Both the position numbers and the translations under genes were made by a program. From the NCBI GenBank assembly GCA_963790475.1, contig CAWBOS010000006.1, positions 384,001 through 448,000 on the forward strand: a DNA stretch of 64,000 bases, read 5' to 3'. The notes below the pieces were generated by a model. That model was given only the letters and a program-made list of their open reading frames with translations, was not told the DNA's origin and did not search any database. Shown piece after piece: positions 47,753 through 58,400 of this stretch (its first letter is position 1; the number at the start of each line of letters is the position of its first letter). Source of the DNA: an uncultured delta proteobacterium (GTDB taxonomy: Bacteria > Desulfobacterota > RBG-13-43-22).

Positions 47753-50668
47753 ATGACCCCGACCATAGGTACCGAAAAAAAGACCGTCCAGGATCCGATC
47801 ATCAAATATGCGGAAGAGATAGACTGGAAAATCGTCCCAAAGGAGGACGCCCTTCCCCTGCGAAAAGGGGAAAGCGGAACGCTGTTCTATCGGATTCTCG
47901 AAGAAAAACTGCTGGAACTGAATGAAGGGTTAGTGAATCGGGAAAATGTGGATGAAATCATTCACCGCATGGAAGCCGTCCGGAGCAATATCGAGGGGAA
48001 TGCGGAAATTCTGTCCTGGCTCCGGGGGGAGCAGGCCATTTACGATGAAAAGGAAAAGCGGCGTCGCAACGTGACCGTCGTTGATTTCGCCCGTGCTGAT
48101 CGCAACCTTTTCCAGGTGACTGACGAATGGCAGTACACGAATGGCCGGGAAACAAACCGGGCGGACCTCATGTTTCTCATCAACGGGATTCCTGTGGTTA
48201 TTGTGGAAACCAAGGGCGCCAAAAAGGCCAACGGCATGGAAGAGGCCCTTATCCAGATTCGGCGGTATCACCGGGAGGCCCCGGAGATGCTTACTTCCCC
48301 GCAGGTCTTCGATATGACTCATCTGGTCGATTTTTTCTATGGCCCCACCTGGAATCTGAGCCGGAAGAATATCTTCAACTGGAAGGAAGAGGAAAAGGGA
48401 AATTTTGAAAAGAAGGTAAAGCGCTTTTTTGATCGGGAGCGTTTCCTTAAAATGCTGAAGGAATGGATTTTGTTCTATGTTAAAGATGACGAACTCCAGA
48501 AAACGATCCTCCGCCAGCACCAGACCCGGGCGATCGAGAAAATCGTTCAGCGCTGCGCCGATGAAAGCAAAAAAACAGGTCTGATATGGCATACCCAGGG
48601 ATCGGGCAAGACCTTCACGATGATCACAGCGGCCGAACAGATTCTGGAAGATAAGGACGTCTTCGGGAAGGCAACGGTGATCCTGATGATCGACCGCAAT
48701 GAACTGGAAGGACAACTTTCCGGTTGGGTGGAGCGGATTCTTGGGGAGATGCAATCCCAGGCCATTAGCATCGAGCAGGCCACCAGCAAGGTTCGCCTGC
48801 GGCAACTCCTCAAGGCGGACTTTCGGGGACTGATTATTTCCATGATCCATAAGTTTGACCGGATCCCCAAGAACATCTGTACCCGCCCCAACGTCATTGT
48901 CATGCTCGATGAGGCCCACCGGTCTGTCGGGGGAGACCTGGGCAACTTCCTGCTCGCCGCACTTCCGCAGGCGACACTGATCGGGTTTACGGGCACGCCC
49001 ATTGACAAAACGGCCTACGGCAAGGGGACCTTTAAAATATTCGGGAAAGAAGACGACAAAGGCTACCTGGATAAATATTCCGTTGCCGAATCCATCGAGG
49101 ACGGCACGACGCTTCCCCTCAACTATATGCTGGCCCCCAATGAAATTCGCGTACCCCGGGAGGAACTGGAAAGAGAATTTTTGGGCCTGGTCGAGGCGGA
49201 AGGGGTCAGCGATGTGGAGGAGTTGAATAAGATCCTCGACCGGGCGGTAAAACTCAAGACCTTTCTAAAGTCGGCGGAGCGTGTGGAGAAGGTAGCGGCC
49301 TTCGTTGCCCGACACTTCCGTGAAAATGTTGAGCCCCTTGGCTACAAAGCCTTTGTGGTCGGTGTGGACCGCGAGGCTTGCGCTCTCTACAAAAAAGCCC
49401 TCGACAAGCTCCTGCCAGGGGAATATTCAACGGCTATTTATACAGCCGCCCATAATGACAGCGAAAAATATCCCCTGGTCCACAAATACCAGCGGACGGT
49501 GGAAGAAGAGAAGAAGGCCAGAAAGCTGTTTCCGAAGTCCGAGGCCCTGCCGAAGATCTTCATCGTCACGGATAAACTCCTCACCGGATTTGACGCCCCC
49601 ATTCTGTATTGCCTGTACTTAGACAAACCCATGCGCGACCATGTTCTTCTTCAGGCCATCGCCCGGGTCAACCGGCCCTACGAGGAAGAAGGAGACATCA
49701 AGAAACCCTGCGGCCTGGTGGTTGATTTCGTCGGTATCTTCGAAAAACTGGAAAAAGCGCTGGCCTTCGATTCCGATGTCGTCAGCGGGGTGATTAACAA
49801 TCTGGATGTCCTATTAGCGCGCTTTGTGGAATTGATGACGGGACAGGCCCGCCCGTACCTCGAACTGACCCACGGCAAAGTCGATGATAAAATGGTCGAA
49901 AGGGCCATAGACGCCTTTGTAGATCAGGGCCAGAGAGAGGAATTTTATAAGCTTTTCAAAGAACTGGAAACGCTGTACGAGATACTGTCTCCCTCCCCCG
50001 ATCTTCGGGACTATATCGAAGACTTCGGCCTCCTCTCGATCCTCTATCAGATCGTCCGCAACGCCTTCCGAAAAAAAACGGGGTTTTACTACGACATCGC
50101 CAAAAAGACAGAACAACTGGTCCGGGAGAAGGCGACGACCTTCGGTCTGGAGACCGCAACTCCGACGGTCAAGATCGACGGGACGACCTTGAAGGCGCTG
50201 AAAGGCAGCAAAACATCAAACAACACCAAGGTGATCAATCTCATCAACAGCATCATCAAGACAGCGACGGATGAAGGCGACGACAGTCCCTATCTGAAAC
50301 CCATTGGTGAACGGGCGGAAGCCATTCAGGAGGCTTTCGATGATCGGCAGGTAACGGCGCTCGAAGCGCTGAAAAAGGTTGAGGCGCTGATCAATGAGAT
50401 TCTCGAAGCCCGGAGGGAGCAGGAAAAGACGGGTTTCGACATCAACACCTTTACGATTTACTGGCTCCTCAAAAAGGAAAAGGTGAAGTGGTTTGACAGC
50501 CTTGCCCCGATTGTCAATAACGCCTTTCTCCGCTTCCCGAATTTCAAAGACAACATTGCCGAACTGAGGCAGCTTAAAGCGGAATTATACAAGCTGATGC
50601 TCCCCGTCGTCGGCAAGGAATTGATGCTGGGCATTGTTGAAAAGCTCTTGAAACTGGATCGTAAATGA
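47753..50668 (+). CDS. hsdR: Type I restriction endonuclease HsdR
   Basis: RADL...INGIPVVIVETK nuclease; HTQGSGKT, DEAHR, FTGTP, LLTGFDAP, QAIARVNR. Confidence 0.96.
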   Translation: MTPTIGTEKKTVQDPIIKYAEEIDWKIVPKEDALPLRKGESGTLFYRILEEKLLELNEGLVNRENVDEIIHRMEAVRSNIEGNAEILSWLRGEQAIYDEKEKRRRNVTVVDFARADRNLFQVTDEWQYTNGRETNRADLMFLINGIPVVIVETKGAKKANGMEEALIQIRRYHREAPEMLTSPQVFDMTHLVDFFYGPTWNLSRKNIFNWKEEEKGNFEKKVKRFFDRERFLKMLKEWILFYVKDDELQKTILRQHQTRAIEKIVQRCADESKKTGLIWHTQGSGKTFTMITAAEQILEDKDVFGKATVILMIDRNELEGQLSGWVERILGEMQSQAISIEQATSKVRLRQLLKADFRGLIISMIHKFDRIPKNICTRPNVIVMLDEAHRSVGGDLGNFLLAALPQATLIGFTGTPIDKTAYGKGTFKIFGKEDDKGYLDKYSVAESIEDGTTLPLNYMLAPNEIRVPREELEREFLGLVEAEGVSDVEELNKILDRAVKLKTFLKSAERVEKVAAFVARHFRENVEPLGYKAFVVGVDREACALYKKALDKLLPGEYSTAIYTAAHNDSEKYPLVHKYQRTVEEEKKARKLFPKSEALPKIFIVTDKLLTGFDAPILYCLYLDKPMRDHVLLQAIARVNRPYEEEGDIKKPCGLVVDFVGIFEKLEKALAFDSDVVSGVINNLDVLLARFVELMTGQARPYLELTHGKVDDKMVERAIDAFVDQGQREEFYKLFKELETLYEILSPSPDLRDYIEDFGLLSILYQIVRNAFRKKTGFYYDIAKKTEQLVREKATTFGLETATPTVKIDGTTLKALKGSKTSNNTKVINLINSIIKTATDEGDDSPYLKPIGERAEAIQEAFDDRQVTALEALKKVEALINEILEARREQEKTGFDINTFTIYWLLKKEKVKWFDSLAPIVNNAFLRFPNFKDNIAELRQLKAELYKLMLPVVGKELMLGIVEKLLKLDRK

Positions 50669-51009
50669 TGGGCACGTTGACAGGCAAAACGATAGGCTTG
50701 AGAACAAAAAAGCAATTAAAGGCCGAAATTGCCCGCTGGGCCGTTGTCATGAAAGTGAAACCGGGGCAAATTTGCATACAGAGGATGACGAAAAAGTGGG
50801 CCTCCTGCTCAAGCAAGGGACGGGTCTGTTTCAGTGCCGATCTTCTTCAGGAATCAAGAACATTCCAGGAATATGTCATCGTCCACGAACTCCTCCACCT
50901 CCAGGTGCCCAATCATGGCAAGCTCTTCAAAAGTCTTATGAATGCTTATCTGCCGGGATGGGAGATGATTTTGGAGGAAAGAAACGGAAGCAATTCGAGA
51001 AGCTTTTAA
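50665..51009 (+). CDS. M48/YgjP-like zinc metallopeptidase, short form
   Basis: KWASCS, YVIVHELLH, NHGKLF; ATGA overlap with hsdR. Confidence 0.85.
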   Translation: MMGTLTGKTIGLRTKKQLKAEIARWAVVMKVKPGQICIQRMTKKWASCSSKGRVCFSADLLQESRTFQEYVIVHELLHLQVPNHGKLFKSLMNAYLPGWEMILEERNGSNSRSF

Positions 51010-51108
51010 ACGTGGGGAATTCTTGGGATGTAAAGTTATCTTTTTTCGGGATTCATAGAACGAGTATCCTGAAGAATCCTGTAATATTAAATCAGGGGAG
51101 GGACTGAC

Positions 51109-54006
51109 ATGGCGGTACCGGTGCACAATCCGACAGGGTCGATTTGGCGTGTTTGGGATCTTCATTTCCACACACCTTCCTCGTATGATTACAAGGAAAA
51201 GAGTGCCAAAAATGAGGATTTAATCCTTACGCTTGTGAGTGCTGGGGTATCGGTTGTTGCGATAACAGACCATCATACAATTGATGTCCAGAGGATCAGA
51301 GAGCTACAGGTTCTCGGAAAAGATCAATTGGTAGTTCTACCAGGGATAGAGGTTCGCACGGAACTTGGAGGAAAAGATAGTGTTCATTTGGTTGCTGTCT
51401 TCCCAGAGGATTGCGAAATAGATAACATTTGGGACAAACTCAGGGTCAACCATAACCTAATACAACAAATAGCAGCTCGCGGGGATGATAGCGTTTATGT
51501 TGATTTTAGGGAGTTCGCAGATGATGTCCATAAGCTAAATGGTCTGACTATCATTCATGCGGGAACTAAGACTAACAGCATCGAGGAAATAGCCAATTCA
51601 TCTGCCTTCAAAATGGCCTTAAAGACCGACTTGGCACGAGAAGCTTCAGATATATTCGAAATTGCTAATGCCAAGAATATTTCCAGTTATGTCGATATCG
51701 TCTTCCCGACCATTGGTAAGGAATTGCCATTGATCTTTTGTTCAGATTCACACCGTCTTTCCGATTACTCGGCTCCACCATGTTGGATAAAGGCTGACCC
51801 AACTTTCTATGGGTTGCGTCAAGTGCTTTATGACCCATTTGATAGGGTCCAGCTATCAAACCCTCCGGAAAGTTTGATTAGAGTTTCACAAAACAAAACA
51901 AAGTACATCAAGTCCGTTTCTTTCGTCAAAGTTGAAGGCTCGGATCTGACCGAGGCCTGGTTTGAGGATATCTCTGTGCCCCTGAACCCGGGACTTATCG
52001 CGGTCATCGGTAACAAGGGGAGCGGCAAGAGCGCCCTTGCTGAAACTATCGGTTTACTGGGAGGTTGCAGACATAGAGAGGAATTCTCGTTTCTGCACAG
52101 AGAACGTTTCCTGAACGGACGGAACCCGAAGGGTTCGCATTTCAGGGCTACGCTTAATTGGCTGGACGGAACCGCAATCGTACTTAAACTTAACGAATCG
52201 AACGATAAGCTTGAGGAACGAGTCCGGTACATCCCACAGAACTACCTTGAGACAATATGTAACGCCCTGCAGATGACAGGCGATAATGAGTTCGGCATGC
52301 AGTTGGAGCACGTCATCCTATCCCACGTCCCCCTGGCAGAACGATCCGGACATGAAACTCTTCAGTCTCTCATCGACTATCGCACGGCTGAGATTGAGGT
52401 CAGTCTCAAAATCTCGCGGCAGAAAGTGCTGGATCTAAATACCAGTATAGTTGAGATCGAACAAAAGCTTAGTCCAAATCATAAAGCCGTGTTACAGCAG
52501 GGTCTCGAATCAAAACAGAATGACCTCAGAGTGCTTAATGATGCAAGGCCAAAGCCGGTCTCGAAGCCCTCTGATGACTCTGGCATATCCATCGAGATGA
52601 AGGAGAAAATGGAAGAAGCTAAGCGCCTGGGCGACGAGGTTTCTGGTTTGGAGGACCTTGTAAGAAATAATGATCTCGACCAGATAAAGGAGAAGCAGGC
52701 GACTATTTCGTGTACAAAACTTTTGCAGGCAATTACAAACTTTGAGACTCAATACGAAGATCTACGAGCGATTTGGGAAAAAGAGGGTATTACTGCCGGG
52801 GTTGATATGGCCGATGTTGTGCAAGTCACATTGAACCGAGCTCCTCTTGATGATCGCCTCAAAGCTTCAGGTGATTCCCTAAAGGTCTTGCAGGAAGACA
52901 TGGATCTCTCGAAAGAAGGTTCCCTTGCCTTTCGACTTGTTAAGGCGACAGAAACGCTTAAGACATTGCGTGGCGAACTGACGGCCCCGGAGCAGGTATA
53001 CCAAAAGTACTTGGAAGAAGATAAGACATGGGTGGAGAAGCAGAAGCAAGTCCTCGGTGACAAGGATACCCCTCAGACTATAGAGTGGTACAAAAAGCAG
53101 ATTGAAGAGCTTCTGTTGCTGCCGAAACAGCTAAAAGAGCTTCAGGATAGGCGTGCCGAGATGGTAGGTATGGTATTCTCAAGCATTGAGAAATGGAGGA
53201 ACGTATACAAAGAGGCATATGGCCCGGTTCAGACGTATATTGATGAACATGCGCCGCTCTCTGAGAAGATTCAGTTTGAGTTCTCGGCCTCCATTACTGA
53301 TATCGGCCTAAGCAAGGCCTTCTTCGAAATCGTCCATCAGGGTCGTCGGGGGTCATTCTGCCGCGATGGAGAAGCAATTTTGAGGAAACTATTGGAGGAT
53401 GCCGATTTAAGGTCATCTGAAGGAGTCCTTTCGTTTATTGAAGAATTGCTTGATCACCTCAAGGTCGATAAGCGGCCGAGCGGGGGCGATGCTGTCTCTT
53501 TAGAAGATCAGCTCAAGGATGGTAAATCACGAATAGACATTTACAATCTCCTGTTTTCACTGGACTACTTACGGCCGACATATTCGCTTCGGTGGTCCGG
53601 CAAAGATCTGGAGCAACTCTCGCCGGGAGAGAAGGGTACCCTGCTCCTTGTTTTCTATCTGTTGATTGACAAGGACACCGGACCACTATTGATAGACCAA
53701 CCAGAGGAGAACCTTGACAATCAGACGGTTTTTGGAGTCCTGGTTCCTTGCATCAATGAAGCCCGACATCGACGGCAGATTGTGCTCGTTACGCATAACC
53801 CAAACTTAGCTATCGTATGCGATGCAGATCAGATTATTAGAGCGAGATTAGATGTGGACGGCCGCTGTCAGCTTTCTTATGATTCAGGTGCCATAGAGAA
53901 TCCCATCATGAGTGCGGCTGTGGTTGATGTTCTTGAGGGAACCAAGCCGGCTTTCGAAAAACGAGAACACAAGTATGTCGCCGCAATGCCAGACTGGAAA
54001 GTATAA
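51109..54006 (+). CDS. PHP-domain + SMC-like ABC ATPase fusion (Ppl-like putative anti-phage protein)
   Basis: DLHFHTPSS, AITDH, PGIE, SDSH, WIKADPTF; GNKGSGKS, LSPGEK, IDQPEENLDN, THNPN. Confidence 0.85.
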   Translation: MAVPVHNPTGSIWRVWDLHFHTPSSYDYKEKSAKNEDLILTLVSAGVSVVAITDHHTIDVQRIRELQVLGKDQLVVLPGIEVRTELGGKDSVHLVAVFPEDCEIDNIWDKLRVNHNLIQQIAARGDDSVYVDFREFADDVHKLNGLTIIHAGTKTNSIEEIANSSAFKMALKTDLAREASDIFEIANAKNISSYVDIVFPTIGKELPLIFCSDSHRLSDYSAPPCWIKADPTFYGLRQVLYDPFDRVQLSNPPESLIRVSQNKTKYIKSVSFVKVEGSDLTEAWFEDISVPLNPGLIAVIGNKGSGKSALAETIGLLGGCRHREEFSFLHRERFLNGRNPKGSHFRATLNWLDGTAIVLKLNESNDKLEERVRYIPQNYLETICNALQMTGDNEFGMQLEHVILSHVPLAERSGHETLQSLIDYRTAEIEVSLKISRQKVLDLNTSIVEIEQKLSPNHKAVLQQGLESKQNDLRVLNDARPKPVSKPSDDSGISIEMKEKMEEAKRLGDEVSGLEDLVRNNDLDQIKEKQATISCTKLLQAITNFETQYEDLRAIWEKEGITAGVDMADVVQVTLNRAPLDDRLKASGDSLKVLQEDMDLSKEGSLAFRLVKATETLKTLRGELTAPEQVYQKYLEEDKTWVEKQKQVLGDKDTPQTIEWYKKQIEELLLLPKQLKELQDRRAEMVGMVFSSIEKWRNVYKEAYGPVQTYIDEHAPLSEKIQFEFSASITDIGLSKAFFEIVHQGRRGSFCRDGEAILRKLLEDADLRSSEGVLSFIEELLDHLKVDKRPSGGDAVSLEDQLKDGKSRIDIYNLLFSLDYLRPTYSLRWSGKDLEQLSPGEKGTLLLVFYLLIDKDTGPLLIDQPEENLDNQTVFGVLVPCINEARHRRQIVLVTHNPNLAIVCDADQIIRARLDVDGRCQLSYDSGAIENPIMSAAVVDVLEGTKPAFEKREHKYVAAMPDWKV

Positions 54007-54059
54007 TCAATATGTTTGGCCATAGGATTTGTGATCGTATTCAGGAATTGCGGTAGATA

Positions 54060-54068
54060 TGGTATAAT
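54060..54068 (+). promoter_or_regulatory. Extended -10 promoter element upstream of sbcD
   Basis: TGGTATAAT. Confidence 0.45.
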
Positions 54069-54187
54069 TCCCATTGTCAGCATCTTTCAAACCATCATCA
54101 CTGATCAAACTTGCATATTCCCAAGAATAAGGTGCTGGATATCAGCATCAACCACAAATCTCGATTTAATAATCGAGGAGATAAATC

Positions 54188-55417
54188 ATGAAGATTTTAC
54201 ACACCTCCGACTGGCACCTTGGCCGCGCCCTGTACGGCCGCAAGCGATACGAAGAATACGAAGCCTTTCTTGATTGGCTGGCGGCTTTCATCGAGAGCGA
54301 AGACATTGACGTGCTTCTGGTGGCCGGTGATGTTTTTGATAACAGCACGCCCAGCAACTATGCCCAGGAATTGTATTACCGTTTTCTTTGCCGTGTGGCC
54401 GCCTCGCCCAGACGCCATATTGTGGTCACGGCGGGAAATCACGACTCGCCTTCCTTTTTGAACGCCCCCCGGGAACTTCTGAAATTTCTCAACATCCATG
54501 TGGTGGGGTGTGCTTCCGCGTCACCCGAAGATGAGGTGATCGTGATTGACGGGCCGGATCATGAACCCCTGCTCATCGTCTGCGCCATCCCCTATCTCCG
54601 GGACCGCGATATCCGCACCGCCGAGGCGGGAGAGAGTCTGGAGGACAAGGAGAGGAAAATCATTGATGGGATCAGAACTCATTACCGCAGGGTGTATGAT
54701 ACGGCCGAAGAAAAACGCTTCGCGTTGGGGAAAACCGTTCCTATCATCGCCATGGGGCATCTCTATACGGCAGGCGGCCAGACGGTTGACGGCGACGGGG
54801 TGCGTGAACTGTATATCGGTTCTCTCCTGAAGGTCGGCACGGATGTGTTTCCTGAATACATTGATTACCTTGCTCTGGGCCATCTTCATATACCGCAGAC
54901 GGTGGGCGGATCGGATTTTATCCGTTATTCCGGTTCGCCACTGCCGATCGGCTTCGGGGAAGCTTCCCAGGAAAAAATCGTGATTCTTGTTGAGTTTTCA
55001 GACGAGGCGCCTAAGGTGGCCAATATTCCCATACCCAGTTTTCAGGAGTTGAAGACCCTGCGGGGAGATTGGCAGACCATTGCCCGGGACATCGATGCGT
55101 TGAAGTCCCGGGAGAGCAAGGCCTGGATTGAGATCATCTATGAAGGAGACGAGGTTGCCGGTGATTTGCGCATGCGCCTGGATGAGGCGGTCCAAGGGGG
55201 CGGACTGGAGATCCTTCGCGTCAAGAACAACCGGGTACTGGAACGCGCCCTGAGCGGCATGGCTACAGACGAAACGCTCGATGATCTCGACGTCACGGAC
55301 GTTTTCAATCGCTGTCTCGAATCGCATGAAATCCCTGAAGACCAGCGACCGGCGCTTTTGAATTCCTATCGGGAAATCATGGTCGCCATCAACGAGCAAG
55401 ATTCAATGTTCGAGTAG
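54188..55417 (+). CDS. sbcD: Exonuclease SbcCD nuclease subunit
   Basis: HTSDWHLG, AGDVFD, AGNHDS, MGHL, LALGHLH, RYSGSP. Confidence 0.95.
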   Translation: MKILHTSDWHLGRALYGRKRYEEYEAFLDWLAAFIESEDIDVLLVAGDVFDNSTPSNYAQELYYRFLCRVAASPRRHIVVTAGNHDSPSFLNAPRELLKFLNIHVVGCASASPEDEVIVIDGPDHEPLLIVCAIPYLRDRDIRTAEAGESLEDKERKIIDGIRTHYRRVYDTAEEKRFALGKTVPIIAMGHLYTAGGQTVDGDGVRELYIGSLLKVGTDVFPEYIDYLALGHLHIPQTVGGSDFIRYSGSPLPIGFGEASQEKIVILVEFSDEAPKVANIPIPSFQELKTLRGDWQTIARDIDALKSRESKAWIEIIYEGDEVAGDLRMRLDEAVQGGGLEILRVKNNRVLERALSGMATDETLDDLDVTDVFNRCLESHEIPEDQRPALLNSYREIMVAINEQDSMFE

Positions 55418-55428
55418 GAGAAGGCGGC

Positions 55429-58400
55429 ATGAGGATAATCGGCGTTCGATTCAAAAACCTGAATTCGCTGGTGGGAGAATGGCAGGTCGATTTCACCCAC
55501 CCGGATTATTCGGCTGAAGGCCTATTCGCCATCACCGGCCCCACCGGAGCAGGCAAGACGACCATCATGGACGCCATCTGTCTCGCCCTTTACGGCAGCA
55601 CGCCCCGTCTCGGTAAAATCACTAAAAACAGCAACGAAATCATGTCGCGCCAGAAAGGGGAATGCTTTGCGGAGGTGACCTTCGAGACCCAGAAGGGCCG
55701 TTATCGTTGCCACTGGAGCCAGCACCGAGCCCGAAAAAAGCCGGAAGGTGAGTTACAACAGGCCAGGCATGAAATAGCGGACACGGATACCGACAGGGTC
55801 CTGGAATCCAAGATAAACCAGGTTGGTGAATTCATTGAGAAGGTGACAGGAATGGATTTCGAGCGCTTCACCCGTTCGATGCTCCTTGCTCAGGGTGGAT
55901 TCGCGGTATTTCTCCAGGCCGATCCCAATGAGCGGGCGCCCATTCTTGAGCAGATTACCGGCACGGAAATCTACAGCCGGATCTCCGTGAAAGTTCACGA
56001 GCGCCGCACGGAGGAGAACAATAGACTTGAGATGCTGCAGGCCGAACTAAAAGGGATCCAGGTCTTGAACGAAGACGAAGAGAAGGGCTTGCAGGCTGGT
56101 CTGATAGAAAAGCAGCGGCAGGAAACCGAACGTACCGGGAAACTGGAGGAAATGGGAAAGGCCCTGTCCTGGATCGAGGGGATGGTTGCCTTGAAGAAAG
56201 AACTGGAAGAACTGGATAGGAAACAGCAGGAATTCGAGCTGCGCTGTCAGGTCTTTGCCCCGGAATCCAAAAAGCTGGAAAAATCCCGGAAGGCTCTCGT
56301 GCTGGAAGGGGATTATCGGGGGCTATCGGCTTTGCGGGAGTTGCAGGAAAGTGAGATAAAGGAACTCCATGGCGCAGTTGCCCGGCTGCCTGATAAGGAG
56401 AAGTCCGGCGCAGAAGCAATCGCCTTAAGACAGACAGCAGAGATTTTACTTCATAAGTCGCGAGCCAGGCAGATGTCGGAAGGGGAGGTCATCAGAAAGG
56501 TGCGTGACCTCGATGTCCGGTTGGGTGAACAGAAAAAGCAACTCGCCGAAAAAGACAAGGCCATTGGAGAAATCGAGAAACAAGGGGAAGGCTACAAGAC
56601 CGTTATTAAAAGTGATGAAGAAGGTCTGAAGAAGGCTCAGGCTGTTCTTGAAGCTATCGATGAATACCGGTCGAAACATGCCGACGATGCCGCCTTGGTG
56701 ACAAACCTCGGCGCCATTGAGAGGCGATTTGCCTTGCTTCGGGAGGTTGAGTCAAAGCGTGTAAAGGCAGGGGATGAACTTTCCGCGACAGCCGGGAAAA
56801 AGGAAATCGCCCTTGCGGACTACGCCAAGAGGGAAGCCGCTCATAAGAAATCCCATCGGGCCTTTGAAAAAAGTCAGAACGACCTGAAGACCCTGACGGA
56901 TGAAATCACGACCATCCTCCAGGGGCGCGACATCGGCCTTTGGCGTAGTGAAGCAGATGCCTTAAAAGACCGTGAACGTCTTTTAATCCTGACAGGTGAA
57001 ACTTTTGAACGGATTAACCGGACTTCAAAAGCGCTGAACACCCTGAAGACGAATTGGGAGGCATTAAACGCCGATTGCGCCAGGATCCTCAACGAGATCA
57101 AATCCTGCACCGATCAAAAAACCAGTCTGGAAAAAGATATGGCCTCCCGGGAAATGCAGGTTTCGCTCCTCAGCCGTATCCGCGACCTTGAGGAAGAAAG
57201 GAAATGTCTTGAGGACGGCCAACCCTGCCCGCTGTGCGGTGCGACCGAGCACCCCTATGCAGTGGGGAATGTCCCGGTCTTGACCGAAGCGGAGGCGGAG
57301 CTTCGGAAAACGAAGGATGAATTCAAAAAGGTGTCTAATCATCTGAACAAGCTGGAAAACGACCAGGTGAAGACAGCCACGAAAATCCAGCATACAGAAA
57401 AAGAACTGGCGGAAAAACAGGCGGCGCTGGACGCCGATGAAAAACAGTGGGCCGACGCCTTATTGAGGCTGAAAATAGAAGTTTCACAAAATGAGCGCGA
57501 AGGGAAGATTCGCGAGGAGATAGCCGGCGTGCAGGCGAAGATTGCCGGAACAACGGGTATAGTCGCCCTGTTCGAAGAGAAAAGTCGCCAGGAAAAGTCG
57601 GCACAGACGGCCCTGGAAAAAAAAAGGAAGACCTTTGACGAAGCAGGGGAGGCCTTGCAGGAGGCCAGACACCACCTGGAGATAGCCGGTCGTGATCACG
57701 AACGACTAAGCAAAGATTGCACCCTTCTGGCGGAGGAGACTGAGAAGGCCCGCATTGCCGCCCTGGCAGATGTTGAATCTTTCGGGATCAGCGGAATTTC
57801 CTTGGATAGCCTTGACGCCTTATGGCAAGACCTGACCGGGCGCAAAGATGCCTGGCAGGCCAAGGAGGCTGGAAAAGCCACCCAGGAGAAACAGATCAAT
57901 AAACTGAAAGCGGGGATCGAGAAGTATCAGGCCCTGCTGCGCAGCCTGGAAGAAGACCTGGGGGCAAGACGCCAGGATCGAGACGGTCTGAAAGAGGAGT
58001 ATGAATTTCTGAGCGCTTCCCGCCGGGAACTATTCGATGAAAAGAACACCGACCATGAGGAAAAGCGGCTGGCGGAAGAGGTGGACAAGGCGGGCAGGGT
58101 CCTGGAAGATGCCCGCGAAGACAACGGAATAATTGAAAAAGAAATCAGTGCCCTGAAAGAGAAAATCGCTTCCTGGCAAGGGAAAACGGATCATAGGGCC
58201 GTGGAACTGGCACAGGCCGAAAAGCAATGGGGGGAGAGGCTCAAAAGGACAGGGTTCGAGAATGAGGCGGAATATTTGTCGTCACGCCTGAGTGAAGAAG
58301 AGCGGGAAATCCTCGCTGAAAAAGAAAGATCCTTGATCAAGGAAAAAACGGAACTGGATGCCCGTCGGAAGGATAGATCGAAGGCCCTGGCTGCGGAGCG

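Noticed and set aside
47930-48919. 329-aa antisense ORF, and similar long antisense ORFs elsewhere
   Set aside because: Fully overlap well-supported genes on the opposite strand; explained by codon bias
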